From an uncultured Actinomycetes bacterium (GTDB lineage: Bacteria > Actinomycetota > Actinomycetes > Streptosporangiales > Streptosporangiaceae): a stretch of DNA of 64,000 bases. Of this stretch, positions 29,284-39,189 are shown one piece after another (position 1 is the first letter of the stretch; every line of letters begins with the position of its first letter). Location of the stretch: positions 64,926 to 128,925 of the forward strand of contig CAVSQL010000023.1 of assembly GCA_963730065.1 (NCBI GenBank), written 5' to 3'. The notes under the pieces are model-generated. The model did no database searches. It saw only the letters and a list, made by a program, of their open reading frames with translations, and was not told the DNA's origin. Made by a program: the position numbers and the translations under genes.

Positions 29284-29315
29284 TCCGCCTGGCCGGTGCA
29301 GTCTGGCCAGGCGGA
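29284..29315 (-). terminator. 11-bp perfect stem-loop just downstream of the integrase stop
   Basis: TCCGCCTGGCC-N10-GGCCAGGCGGA. The same stem sequence is conserved downstream of the paralogous integrase pseudogene (55025-55058). There is no U-tract, so its role as terminator versus recombination site is open. Confidence 0.35.
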
Positions 29316-29335
29316 GCTCATGCCAGGGAGCCGGT

Positions 29336-30253
29336 TTACCGGGCGGCGCCAGCGAGGTAGGCCGCGACGATATAGGTGGCGTGCCGGTCGAGACTGCCGC
29401 GGGCGCGGTCATACCGCATGGTGGTCCTGGGATCGGCGTGTGAGGCGGCTTCCTGCACATCCCGGAGCGGAACCCCGGCGTCGAGGGCGGCGGTGATGAA
29501 CGCGTGTCGTAGCGTGTGCGGCCCGACCGGCTTGGTGATCCCGGCGCGGCGGGCAACCCGGCGGGCGATCCGAGCGGCACCATGCCGGTCCAGTCGCTGG
29601 CCGTTGAGCGTGACGAAGATCGGTCCTTCCACGCGCTCGCCGATGGCCAGGTCGATCGCCCGCGCGGTGCGGGGCGCGAGCGGAATAGTGACCAGCTTGC
29701 CGCCCTTGCGGGTGATAACCAGCGTCCGGTGGCCGCGCTCGACCCCCAGGGCCTGGATGTTGGCACCGGTGGCTTCGGAAACTCGCAAACCGTTCAGCGC
29801 CAGCAACGAGATCAGCGCATGCTCGGCGGCGTGGCCAAGCCCGGCGGCGACCAGCAGCGCGCCGAGCTCATTGCGGTCCAGCCCGGCGGCATGCGACTCA
29901 TAGTCAAGGCGGGGACGGCGCACATGCGCGGCCGGAGAATGGTCGAGCAAGTCTTCTTCGACCGCGTATTTGTAGAATCCGGCGATGGTGCACAGGCGGC
30001 GGGTGATCGTGGCCCGGGCGCGGCCGCGGGCTTCCAGGTCGCGGGCGAAGCACTCGATATCCGCGCGGCGCGCCTGAAACAGTGGCAGGTGGTGCTGCTG
30101 ACACCAGCCGGCGTACTGGCGCAAGTCCAAGGCGTACGCCTCGCGGGTCAAGCCGGTGTAACCGGCCAAGAACCCAGCCAGGGCAAGGCGTTCCGGCTCG
30201 GTGAACACCGGTTCGACGGCGGCAACAGCTGTAGATGTGGACGTGGTGGCCAT
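29336..30253 (-). CDS. Tyrosine recombinase / site-specific integrase (XerC/D-like, SAM-like N-domain)
   Basis: MATTSTS...LALAGFLAGYTGLTREAYALDLRQYAGWC...ITRRLCTIAGFYKYAV...LLALNGLRVSEA...GPHTLRHAFITAALDAGVPLRDVQEAASHADPRTTMRYD (R..HxxR..Y catalytic pattern). Confidence 0.9.
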   Translation of the reverse strand: MATTSTSTAVAAVEPVFTEPERLALAGFLAGYTGLTREAYALDLRQYAGWCQQHHLPLFQARRADIECFARDLEARGRARATITRRLCTIAGFYKYAVEEDLLDHSPAAHVRRPRLDYESHAAGLDRNELGALLVAAGLGHAAEHALISLLALNGLRVSEATGANIQALGVERGHRTLVITRKGGKLVTIPLAPRTARAIDLAIGERVEGPIFVTLNGQRLDRHGAARIARRVARRAGITKPVGPHTLRHAFITAALDAGVPLRDVQEAASHADPRTTMRYDRARGSLDRHATYIVAAYLAGAAR

Positions 30254-30599
30254 GGGCACCTCCCGGGTCGGGCTGAGGCCCGAGGGAGGCTGGACCCGCC
30301 ACGGCCCCAGCAACGATTCTTCACTTCACCGGTAAGCCGACCCGGGCGATCACGCAAGGTCACCGCTGCGATTCTGGCCGTTGCTCCGGATCGATGCTCC
30401 TATGTCTGTCAAGTCTCTGGAATGGTGAATTTGTTTTCCTTTCCGCTGGATGAACTAGTGATCAGGTCGTTTGCTGGGTTGCGGACAGGACAGGGATGGG
30501 CCACGAGGGCAGGCTCTTATGAGGTCACGCCCAGCAGGTCAGGTAAGGGGGTCCGGGGGCGGCCGACGGATCGTTAGAAGGCCAGCACCAGAGGTGCGG

Positions 30600-31868
30600 C
30601 AGCCGATTAGCGGGTCAGGCCGCCCCCGGTGGCTCGGGTAGTCAGCTGGGCCGCAGGTGCCGGTAGGTTTCGCGGGCTGCGTAGCGTTTGAGACAGCGGA
30701 TGATCTCGGGCTTGGACAGGCCTTCCTTGCTGCGCCGGGCGACATAGGCGCGGGTCGGCGGGTGCGAGCCCATCCGGGTGATGACGATCCGCCACAGGGC
30801 GTGGTTAGCCTGCCGGTCTCCACCGCGGTTGAGCCGGTGCCGGGCCACCTTGCCCGAGGAGGCCGGGATCGGCGCGGCCGCGCACAGGTGCGCCCAGGCG
30901 GCTTCGGATCTGAGCCGGCCGGGGTGGTCTCCGGCCGCGATGAGCAGCATCGCGGCCGTGTCCGGGCCGACGCCGAAGAGGCTGAGCAGCCCCGGAGCGC
31001 GGGCGGTGACCAGCGGCACGATCAGCTGGCCGAGCCGGGCGAGCTGGCCGTCGAGGTACTGGGCGCGGCGGCCGAGCTCGCGCAGCGACAGCAGCGTGTG
31101 GTAGCGGACCATGCTGCCCGGCCGGGGCCGGAGCGCGGTCAGCTCGGCGACCAGTTCTGCTGGCGTCTGCCCGGTGAACCGGGTGCGGATGTCGTCCGGC
31201 CCGGTGATGATCAGCGCCCTGGCCTGGTTGATCGTCTGGGTCCGCTGCGCCCGGGCGGTGCGCTTGGCGACCATCAGCGCCCGGATCGCCTCCACCTGCC
31301 CATCCCGGCCCCTGGGCGCACCCGACGCCCTCCCAGACTGGGCTGCGCGGGCAGCGCTGACCGCATCGAGGGGATCGGACTTGCCCTTGCGGCGCCGGTC
31401 CTGCCGGTCCGACCGGTCCACCTCCACCACCCGGATCCCGGCCGCGGCGATGTGCCGGGCCAAGCCGGCGCCGTAGCTGCCGGTGCCCTCGATCCCGACC
31501 AGGCCCACCGTGCCGAAGCCGGTCAGCCAGCCCAGTAACTGCCCGTACCCCACCGGGGTCGCCGGGAACTCGCGCACCCCCAGCAGCCCGCCGATCCCGT
31601 CCAGCGCGGCCGCGACATGGGCATCGGCGTGCGTATCTACTCCGCCGGTGACGGCACAGGTATCTACCATGGACAACGTCATCCCTTTCGTGGTTGAGGG
31701 ATGGCACGCACCCGCTGGCCGCCGGACTGGCAAACCCTGGCCTCTTGCCCAGGCCAGGCAGCCCCGGGACGGCACCGCCGGTGGGTGCCAGAACAAAACC
31801 TGGGACCCCGGCCGACAGGTCGTTTCCGAAGACAACCAGCGGCGTCAGCCGATTAGCAGGTCAGGCCG
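30600..31868 (-). mobile_element. Second type of IS110-family element, bracketed by 23-bp direct repeats
   Basis: CAGCCGATTAGCGGGTCAGGCCG (30600-30622) and CAGCCGATTAGCAGGTCAGGCCG (31846-31868) bracket the transposase. About 163 nt of 5' non-coding and 19 nt of 3' non-coding DNA lie between them. The true IS ends cannot be fixed from a single copy. Confidence 0.6.
30642..31682 (-). CDS. IS110 family transposase
   Basis: MTLSMVDTCAVTGGVDTHADAHVAAALD...VGIEGTGSYGAGLARH...GKSDPLDAVSAARA...LFGVGPDTAAMLLIAAGD...SSGKVARHRLNRGGDRQANHALWRIV. Confidence 0.9.
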   Translation of the reverse strand: MTLSMVDTCAVTGGVDTHADAHVAAALDGIGGLLGVREFPATPVGYGQLLGWLTGFGTVGLVGIEGTGSYGAGLARHIAAAGIRVVEVDRSDRQDRRRKGKSDPLDAVSAARAAQSGRASGAPRGRDGQVEAIRALMVAKRTARAQRTQTINQARALIITGPDDIRTRFTGQTPAELVAELTALRPRPGSMVRYHTLLSLRELGRRAQYLDGQLARLGQLIVPLVTARAPGLLSLFGVGPDTAAMLLIAAGDHPGRLRSEAAWAHLCAAAPIPASSGKVARHRLNRGGDRQANHALWRIVITRMGSHPPTRAYVARRSKEGLSKPEIIRCLKRYAARETYRHLRPS

Positions 31869-32351
31869 GGACCCAGGCCACCGACCCTACGCCCGCACCA
31901 CGCCAAACCATCGGAAGCAGGGCCGGAAGCACACATCCACACCCTCCCTGCCGATTATCTTCGCTTCTTCGCGCTTAGGCCTCTGTGCCGCCTTGGGTAC
32001 AGACCGGCCAGATCTGCGTGTTCCAGCTCTGGGCTCACGTCTGGTATCGGCTTCGCGCAACGCGTCTTGGCTGGCGGCCTTGCACCTGCCGGCCTGCCGG
32101 ATGAACCTGGCCCCGCCAGCTTCTGGCCCCAGGCCTGGCAAGATCGCCTCCATGTGGGTCCGGGCGTGCTTGGGGTGGACCTGCGCCTGCGGTGACCGTC
32201 GGCCCGCCCCGGCCGGGCGGGCAACGTCAGGTCAGGGACGAGCCGGCTCTTGATGCAGGCCGGGGGGATTGACCGGCAGGAAGGTCAGGCGCCGGTGGCG
32301 GTGTGGCGTCATGGTGACGATGCGGAACGGTGAGCCCGGACCGCTAGGTTT

Positions 32352-34622
32352 TCACCGGGCGCGGCCGTGGGCGCCGGCTGGGGCGGGGACCCGCGGGGTG
32401 GCGCGCGCCAGTTTCGAGGGCCACCAGTTGTAGCGCCCGCACAAGATGACGATCGCCGGGACGAGCAGGGTCCGGACGAAGAAGGTGTCGAGCAGCACGC
32501 CGAGGGCGATCGCGGTGCCCAGTTCCTTGATCTGGGTGGTGGCGCCGGTCAGGCCGGCCACGCCGAAGGTGGCGGCCAGGATCAGCCCGGCCGAGGTCAC
32601 GGTGGTGCCGGTGTGGTGCATGGCGCCGGCGACCGCCTGGTGCAGCGGCGCCTTGCGTGCTTCTTCGCGGATGCGGCTCATGACCAGGATGTTGTAGTCC
32701 TCGCCGAGCGCCATCAAGAACACAAACAGCAAGAACGGCAGCACGAAGTCGAGGCCGGCGCCGCCCGCGGCGTCCTGGAAGATCAGGACCGCGATGCCCA
32801 GCGCGGCGAAGTAGCTCAAGACAACGGTCGCCACCAGGTACAGGGGGGCGATCACGCTGCGCAGCACCAAACCGAGCAGCAGTGCCAGCAGCGCGGCCAC
32901 GATCGGCACGATCTCCTTCAGGTCGCTTTGGGACACGGTGCTCACGTCGTAGGAGGCGGGCGCGAGGCCGTTGACACCGTTGTCAACGGCGCCGACGGCA
33001 TGCTGGACGCTGGCGACCGCGCCGCGCACGGCGGGGGTGGCGTTCAGGGCCGCGGTCGTCGCGGGGGCGCCGGCCTTGAGGGTGGTGTAGAACTGCACCG
33101 TCTTGCCGTTGGGGCTGACGAACTGCGTGGTGGCGCGGTAGGCGGCGTATTGCTGGGGCGGCACCGGGCTGCCCGGCGGCTGGGTCGCGGGCAGCTTGCC
33201 GGGCGGCCCGAGCTCCTTATACAGGCTTTCGAGCTGCTGGGTGCTGACCGCGGTGCCGTTCGGGTTGAGCAGGCCGTTGACCGATGCGAACACCGGCTTT
33301 TTGGCTAGATCGTTCTCGGCCTGCTGCACCGGCGTGAGGTCGGTCCACACCGAGGACTTATACACCAGCAAAACGACCGTCGGGTTGGCGACCGCGGCCG
33401 GGTAGTGAGCGTTGATGGCGGCCGTGCCCGCGGCCGAGCCGCTGCCCGCCGGGCCGGTGGAAGTGCCGCCGAAGCCGCTGGAGACGTAGGCGGTCGCGGC
33501 CAGGGCCAGGCCGCCCAGGAACACCACGCCGAGCACCAGCGTGACCACCGGGTGGCCGATCACCCGGTCGGTCAGCCGGGCCCACACGCCCTCCCGCTGG
33601 GCGTGGCGGATTGGCGTCGGCCAGAACACCGCCCGGCCGAACACCGCCAGCAGCGCCGGGGTCAGCGTGAGCGCCGCCAGCAGCATCATCGCCACCCCGA
33701 CCGCCAGCGCCGGGCCCAGCCCGGAGTACAGGCCAAACGAGGCCAGCGCCAGGCACAGCAGCGCAACGATGACCGTCCCCCCCGAGAACGTGATCGACTC
33801 CCCCACATACCGGGCCGCGCGCTCGATCGCCGGCCGCGGCCCGGCCCCGCGCGCGATCTCCTCCCGCACCCGCAAGGTCAGGAACAGCCCGTAATCGGTC
33901 CCGGCGCCCAGCAGCAGCACCACCAGCATCGTCTCGGTGACCGTGGACACCTGCAGGCCGTGCTCGGCCAAACCGCCGATGACATGCTCAGACATCTGCA
34001 GCACCAGCACCGCCGGGCCAAGGGTCACCAGCGGGGCCAGCACGGCCCGGAACACGACGATCAGCATCACCAAGATCACCAGATCGGACAGCAGCGCGGT
34101 GAGCTTCTGCGCGCCCGCCTGGGAGTTCTGGTTATCCACCGCCGTGGGCAACTGCCCGGTCAGATAGCCGCGCAGCCCGGACGGCAGGTGAGCGCCGCTG
34201 ATCGTGGCCCGGACGCCAGCCACGGCCGGCGACGCGTCTGGGCTCGACGTCGTCGCGCTGAACACCACCTGGGCCTTCTGCGCCTTGCCGTCGGTGGACA
34301 CGCCCTGGTCGGACACCGATACGACATGATCGTCCTTGGCGATCTTGGCCTCGAGGCTGGCGATATCCGACTGATCGCTGCTGCTCAGCTTGGCCTTCCC
34401 GACCACCACCAGCGCGCCGGTGGTCGTCCCCGCGGGCTGGAAGGGCGCCGCCAGCACCAGCGCATGCTGGGTCGGCGTACTGGCCGGCAGGAACGTGCTG
34501 TTGTCGGTGTTGACCGACTCCGCCAGCGACGGCAGCAACAGCACACACAAGGCCGCCGCGATCAGCCAGCCGGCGATCACCACGTAACGGAAACGGATCA
34601 CGACCCGGGCCAGGCCAGCCAT
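32352..34622 (-). CDS. MMPL family (RND superfamily) transporter
   Basis: 756 aa from MAGLARVVIRFRYVVIAGWL..., with two 6-TM bundles and motifs GTDYGLFLTLRVREE and GEDYNILVMSRIREE. Confidence 0.9.
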   Translation of the reverse strand: MAGLARVVIRFRYVVIAGWLIAAALCVLLLPSLAESVNTDNSTFLPASTPTQHALVLAAPFQPAGTTTGALVVVGKAKLSSSDQSDIASLEAKIAKDDHVVSVSDQGVSTDGKAQKAQVVFSATTSSPDASPAVAGVRATISGAHLPSGLRGYLTGQLPTAVDNQNSQAGAQKLTALLSDLVILVMLIVVFRAVLAPLVTLGPAVLVLQMSEHVIGGLAEHGLQVSTVTETMLVVLLLGAGTDYGLFLTLRVREEIARGAGPRPAIERAARYVGESITFSGGTVIVALLCLALASFGLYSGLGPALAVGVAMMLLAALTLTPALLAVFGRAVFWPTPIRHAQREGVWARLTDRVIGHPVVTLVLGVVFLGGLALAATAYVSSGFGGTSTGPAGSGSAAGTAAINAHYPAAVANPTVVLLVYKSSVWTDLTPVQQAENDLAKKPVFASVNGLLNPNGTAVSTQQLESLYKELGPPGKLPATQPPGSPVPPQQYAAYRATTQFVSPNGKTVQFYTTLKAGAPATTAALNATPAVRGAVASVQHAVGAVDNGVNGLAPASYDVSTVSQSDLKEIVPIVAALLALLLGLVLRSVIAPLYLVATVVLSYFAALGIAVLIFQDAAGGAGLDFVLPFLLFVFLMALGEDYNILVMSRIREEARKAPLHQAVAGAMHHTGTTVTSAGLILAATFGVAGLTGATTQIKELGTAIALGVLLDTFFVRTLLVPAIVILCGRYNWWPSKLARATPRVPAPAGAHGRAR

Positions 34623-34869
34623 GAAATCTTCCACCGCAGTCCCCCTAACGTGACCGGAAGCCTGCCGACGGACCGTGCAGCGCCAGCGCACGAGCCAGCG
34701 CGAAACCCCGTCTCCGCGCGGCCGGGCCCCCTAAGCAGCGCGTGCCCCCGACAGCCAGTCTGGCACGCGGCCGACCCGGGGGCCATGCTGCGAACCTCCC
34801 CAACGGACCCATCTGTGTTGCCAGGCCCCGCCCTGGGCAAGCGGTGGCCGGCCAGGCAAGAGCACCAGC

Positions 34870-35437
34870 CAACAGGGCGTGGGCGCGGGCGGTGACGTAG
34901 GCCAGGAAGACCACGGTCTGGCAGTTCTCCACCTGGCCGGTGATCCCGGCATGCTGGCGGGTGACACCGACGGTCATCAGGCCTTTCTTGAGCTCGGCGG
35001 TCTCATCCAGCACCAGGATCGCCTCCGGGTCACCCAGGTGCGCCACGATGAAGCACTGCAGGGCCTTCAGCGCCGCCTTCCAGTCCCAGGCGTGCTCGCC
35101 CAGCAGCGCCTGCATCCACCGCGGCGTGGCATGCCCGGCGGTCTGGGCCAGCTGCCAGCACGACCTGCGGTCCCCGGCCCCGGCCAGCAGCGCGCCAATA
35201 TAAGCAAACGCCGTCAGCCGCGACCTGGCCTGGCAGAACACCGGCGCGATCGCCGCGCGCAGCTCATCCTGGAGCCGTCCCAGCCAGCTGCCATCTTCTA
35301 CGATGGCCGCAGCGGCCACCTGCTGATCTTGCTTCCTCACAGATCATGATCATCCAGGTGGCCGTCTTGTGCCCAGCTCGCGGCCCCGGCACACCATGAT
35401 CACTCAAGCGCTAGATCACAAACCGGGACTGTAGTAC
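34870..35437 (-). mobile_element. IS701-like element, 5' fragment (left end plus first ~157 codons of the transposase)
   Basis: MRKQDQQVAAAAIVEDGSWLGRLQDEL...VLDETAELKKGLMTVGVTRQHAGITGQVENCQTVVFLAYVTARAHALL, then homology is lost. 35014-35437 is an exact inverted copy of 38702-39125. The terminus reads GTACTACAGTCCCGG. Confidence 0.75.
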
Positions 35438-35520
35438 CGGGCAGGCGGATCTAGCCAGGCCTGCTCGGACTACGTAATGTCGTCAGCGTGTAGCTAGGGT
35501 CGTTTAGTGGGGGCGTCGCC

Positions 35521-37320
35521 GTGACGACAGCGACGAGGGACAGCAGCGCGCGCGGGGTCTTGTGGTCCATGTCCCTGGCCAATGCGATGATCTTGCTCGA
35601 TCAGACGGCGGTGCCGCTAGCGCTTCCCAACATCATGCAGGATTTCGGCGTCGGGTCTCAGCAGGTGCAGTGGATCCTGAACGCCAGCCTTCCCCCGCTT
35701 GCGGGCCTGCTGGTGCTGGGTGGCCGCCTCGGGGACATGTTCGGGCGCAGGCGCATCTTCATCATCGGCGCGACCGTGTTCACGGGCGCCTCGGCGATCG
35801 GCGCCCTGGCGCCGGTGTTCGCGGTGCTGCTGGCCTGCCGCATGCTGCAAGGGGCGGGCGAGGCGCTGATACTGCCGAACACAGTGGCGATCGTGAGCGC
35901 GGCCTTCCCAGACGAGGAACGGGGCCGGGCGCTCGGGCTGATGGGCGGCGTGGCCGCCGTTGCCGGAGCACTCGGACCCACCATCGGCGGGGCCCTGACC
36001 GTGGCCTGGAGCTGGCGGGCGATCCCCCTGATGGACTGCCTGCTGGCCGTGGTCGCGATAGCCTGGACACTGCGGGCAGTGCCGCCTGATACCGCTGATA
36101 GCCGACGATCCGACATCGATCTGGCGGGCACCATTCTGCTCACCGTCACCGTCATCAGCGTGGTGTTCGGCCTGGCCCAGTCGCAGGCGTGGGGGTGGGC
36201 TTCCCCGGGGGTCTTCGTCCCGTTGATCATCGGCGTGTGCACCGGCGCAGCCTTTCTGCGCGTCGAGCGTGCTGTTACCAGCCCGTTGATGAACCTGAAT
36301 CTGCTGTGGCGGCATGCCAATTACCTCGGCAGTACAGCAAGCCAGTTCATCGTCGGGATAACCGGGATGGGCCTCGCGCTGCTGTTCCCGCTGCTGCTGA
36401 TCCTGAACCTGCAGATGAGCCCGGTGCTGGCCGGGCTGGCGCTGACCCCCACGACGCTGCCATTCGTGTTTGTGCCTCCGCTGGCCGGGCGCTGGTATGA
36501 CCGTGTGGGCGGCCGCCCGCCGCTGATCGCGGGCTTCGCCACGCTGCTGGCCGCGACGGTGCTGCTGGCATGGGGGGTGCACAGCAACGCTTACCTGCCC
36601 GTGTTCCCGGGCCTCCTGCTGTACGGGATCGCCCTGGCCCTGATCCTGACCGTCAATGATCCAGTCAGCCTCGACATGGTCCCGGCCAGTGACCGCGGCC
36701 AGGTATCAGGGGTATCCACGACGGCCGAGCACTTTGGCGGTGCCATCGGTATCGCCGTGCTCTACCTGGTCTTTCACGCCACCTTCGTGCACCAGTTGCA
36801 GTCCAAGGTCTCCGGCATCGCGCTACCAAACATGACCCGGCAGCAGTCAGAGCAATTCAGGAACGCGGTTGCCCAGGCGGTAGGCACCGGTGTGCGGCCC
36901 AGCACCTTTAACAGCTCACTGACCCCCTACCTGCTGCCGGCCCGGGCAGCCTCCGAGGACGGGTACAGCGCGGCCTTCATAGCAGTCAGCGTGCTGTGCG
37001 TGGTGGCACTTGTCTTGATGATCCGGCTGATCCGCAAGCCGCCCGGCGCACCCGAACTCGCCGAGATAAAGGCCGCCGACAGCCACGCCGGGGCAGGCCA
37101 CGATGCCAACCCAGGTAGCCACAATGGCACTGACGAGACCATCGCCGACCCGCAGCAAAGCCCGGCTGCCCCAACGGCGCACGCTGATGCCCCTATGTCA
37201 AGCCGACGCGACGCTGAGCTCGCCCCACCGGTGCACCAGGAAAGCGCAGCAACCGCGCCGCCTAAGGAACGACCGACGAGGAGTCAAGGGCCGGCGGTAG
37301 GTGGGACCGGCAAGGACTGA
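35521..37320 (+). CDS. MFS transporter, DHA2 (EmrB/QacA, 14-TMS) type, with an unusually long low-complexity C-terminal tail
   Basis: LANAMILLDQTAVPLALPNIMQDFG...GGRLGDMFGRRRIFIIGATVFTGASAIGALAP..., 14 hydrophobic spans, and the last ~90 aa are Pro/Ala/charge rich. Confidence 0.9.
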   Translation: MTTATRDSSARGVLWSMSLANAMILLDQTAVPLALPNIMQDFGVGSQQVQWILNASLPPLAGLLVLGGRLGDMFGRRRIFIIGATVFTGASAIGALAPVFAVLLACRMLQGAGEALILPNTVAIVSAAFPDEERGRALGLMGGVAAVAGALGPTIGGALTVAWSWRAIPLMDCLLAVVAIAWTLRAVPPDTADSRRSDIDLAGTILLTVTVISVVFGLAQSQAWGWASPGVFVPLIIGVCTGAAFLRVERAVTSPLMNLNLLWRHANYLGSTASQFIVGITGMGLALLFPLLLILNLQMSPVLAGLALTPTTLPFVFVPPLAGRWYDRVGGRPPLIAGFATLLAATVLLAWGVHSNAYLPVFPGLLLYGIALALILTVNDPVSLDMVPASDRGQVSGVSTTAEHFGGAIGIAVLYLVFHATFVHQLQSKVSGIALPNMTRQQSEQFRNAVAQAVGTGVRPSTFNSSLTPYLLPARAASEDGYSAAFIAVSVLCVVALVLMIRLIRKPPGAPELAEIKAADSHAGAGHDANPGSHNGTDETIADPQQSPAAPTAHADAPMSSRRDAELAPPVHQESAATAPPKERPTRSQGPAVGGTGKD

Positions 37321-37446
37321 GCGCCCGCCCGCACCGACCGCGGCTGTCTCCAGTGCTTGTAACTAATTGTAAGGCGCTTTCTCATACGGAAGCGCAAGAG
37401 TCTCCGCGCCAGATTATCCTCCTGGGTACTCTGCCGAGAAGCTTAC

Positions 37447-38160
37447 TCAAAGCCGGTGACGAGGCAGTGCCTGGGAGCGGATCATCACGCAGTCCACCTC
37501 TAGCAGTCGCGCGGTTGCGTTTTCCACCGCTACAGGAAAGAAGCCAGTCACGTCGAGCCCAGCTGCCCGGAAAATACCTAGCGCATTCTCAATCGTTGGC
37601 ATCCCTTCGTAAAGGGGAATAAGAGAAAGCTCGCACTGGAGTCCGACCAGATCATGGATACGGTCGCCTGCGCCCTGGAAGACCTCTATGTCATAGCCCT
37701 GCGTATCCAACTTTAGAAAGGGCCGTGACACGCCAATGCTCGCGGACAACATTTCCATCATGTCGCTTAGCCGCCGCATCGGCACCTTCTCGACATAGGC
37801 AGAATGCCACTCTGGCCAGCATCGCATTGCGTACCGGTTCGGAGACAAGAAACTGCTGCCCGTCCCGTCCATTACGTTCATTGGCCGGTCGCCGGTATCC
37901 CGACCAAGCGCTGCACGATACGCCCACCATTTCGGATCGGGCGCCGCAACCGCCTCGAGCCGCTTGAAGTACTCGTTGACTGGCTCAAAGGAGACAATCG
38001 GACCTGAATAGCCAGCATGCCTCAGCGCGGATCCAAACTCGCCAACGTGAGCCCCGACATCCAGGACGCAGTCCGCCTCGTACGACTCTAGCAGCGCGGC
38101 AAGGTGTTCAAATTGCGATGCCACCGATGCCTTACCGTCCATAACAGTCACGAGTGCCAT
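37447..38160 (-). CDS. FkbM family SAM-dependent methyltransferase
   Basis: CVLDVGAHVGEFGSALRHAGYSGPIVSFEPVNEYF...FLKLDTQGYDIEVFQGAG. The gene and its flanks (about 37330-38700) are visibly lower in GC than the rest of the window. Confidence 0.85.
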   Translation of the reverse strand: MALVTVMDGKASVASQFEHLAALLESYEADCVLDVGAHVGEFGSALRHAGYSGPIVSFEPVNEYFKRLEAVAAPDPKWWAYRAALGRDTGDRPMNVMDGTGSSFLSPNRYAMRCWPEWHSAYVEKVPMRRLSDMMEMLSASIGVSRPFLKLDTQGYDIEVFQGAGDRIHDLVGLQCELSLIPLYEGMPTIENALGIFRAAGLDVTGFFPVAVENATARLLEVDCVMIRSQALPRHRL

Positions 38161-38701
38161 AGGATCCTCCTGCGCTGAGGCAAAGACTCTTTCCCGTCAA
38201 GAGAGCGACAACACCTGATTCCGAGCCTCTTATAAGCGTAACTGGTCAGATTGTCTTTCCTAAGCGCCTATCCAAAAGTCCTGCGCGTAACGGGCCGCTC
38301 TCAGCCCAGCTATCTTTAGCCATCCTCCTGCTCCCAGCTGGATCGGCATGTCCAGCGCCTCTGCCACCCTGCCGAGTTGCTCGGCCACCGCGAGTGTCGC
38401 TTGCACCGGCACCCGCGCTGAGATGGACGCTCCGAGCGGTCCGCTACGGGCCAACAGCCGCTGGGCCCAGGCGGATAGCGAGGTCGTCGGCCTGGTCAGG
38501 TGTTGGACAGATCACCACAGTCATTGACGGAGGGGATCAGGGCTGGCCTGATTTTGGCCTTACAATGCTGCATAACAAGGGAAGACTACGCGAGCCAGTG
38601 AGAACCATCCTGGCAGGCCAGTCACCGAGTGCCCAGGTAGCTGGCGCGCCCGTCACAATCTACGGATCGGCCCTTGGTACCGCTGGCACGGCGCCGTACC
38701 T

Positions 38702-39125
38702 GTACTACAGTCCCGGTTTGTGATCTAGCGCTTGAGTGATCATGGTGTGCCGGGGCCGCGAGCTGGGCACAAGACGGCCACCTGGATGATCATGATCTGT
38801 GAGGAAGCAAGATCAGCAGGTGGCCGCTGCGGCCATCGTAGAAGATGGCAGCTGGCTGGGACGGCTCCAGGATGAGCTGCGCGCGGCGATCGCGCCGGTG
38901 TTCTGCCAGGCCAGGTCGCGGCTGACGGCGTTTGCTTATATTGGCGCGCTGCTGGCCGGGGCCGGGGACCGCAGGTCGTGCTGGCAGCTGGCCCAGACCG
39001 CCGGGCATGCCACGCCGCGGTGGATGCAGGCGCTGCTGGGCGAGCACGCCTGGGACTGGAAGGCGGCGCTGAAGGCCCTGCAGTGCTTCATCGTGGCGCA
39101 CCTGGGTGACCCGGAGGCGATCCTG
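38702..39125 (+). mobile_element. IS701-like element, 5' fragment (left end plus first 109 codons), inverted relative to 35014-35437
   Basis: Identical to the reverse complement of 35014-35437. The reading frame is broken after ...HLGDPEAIL at 39125. Confidence 0.8.
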
Positions 39126-39189
39126 TCGGGTGCCACAATTCGGCCTGTCCCTGTGACTTGGGACGATAGGCGAGGCACGGCCGTGCGGC

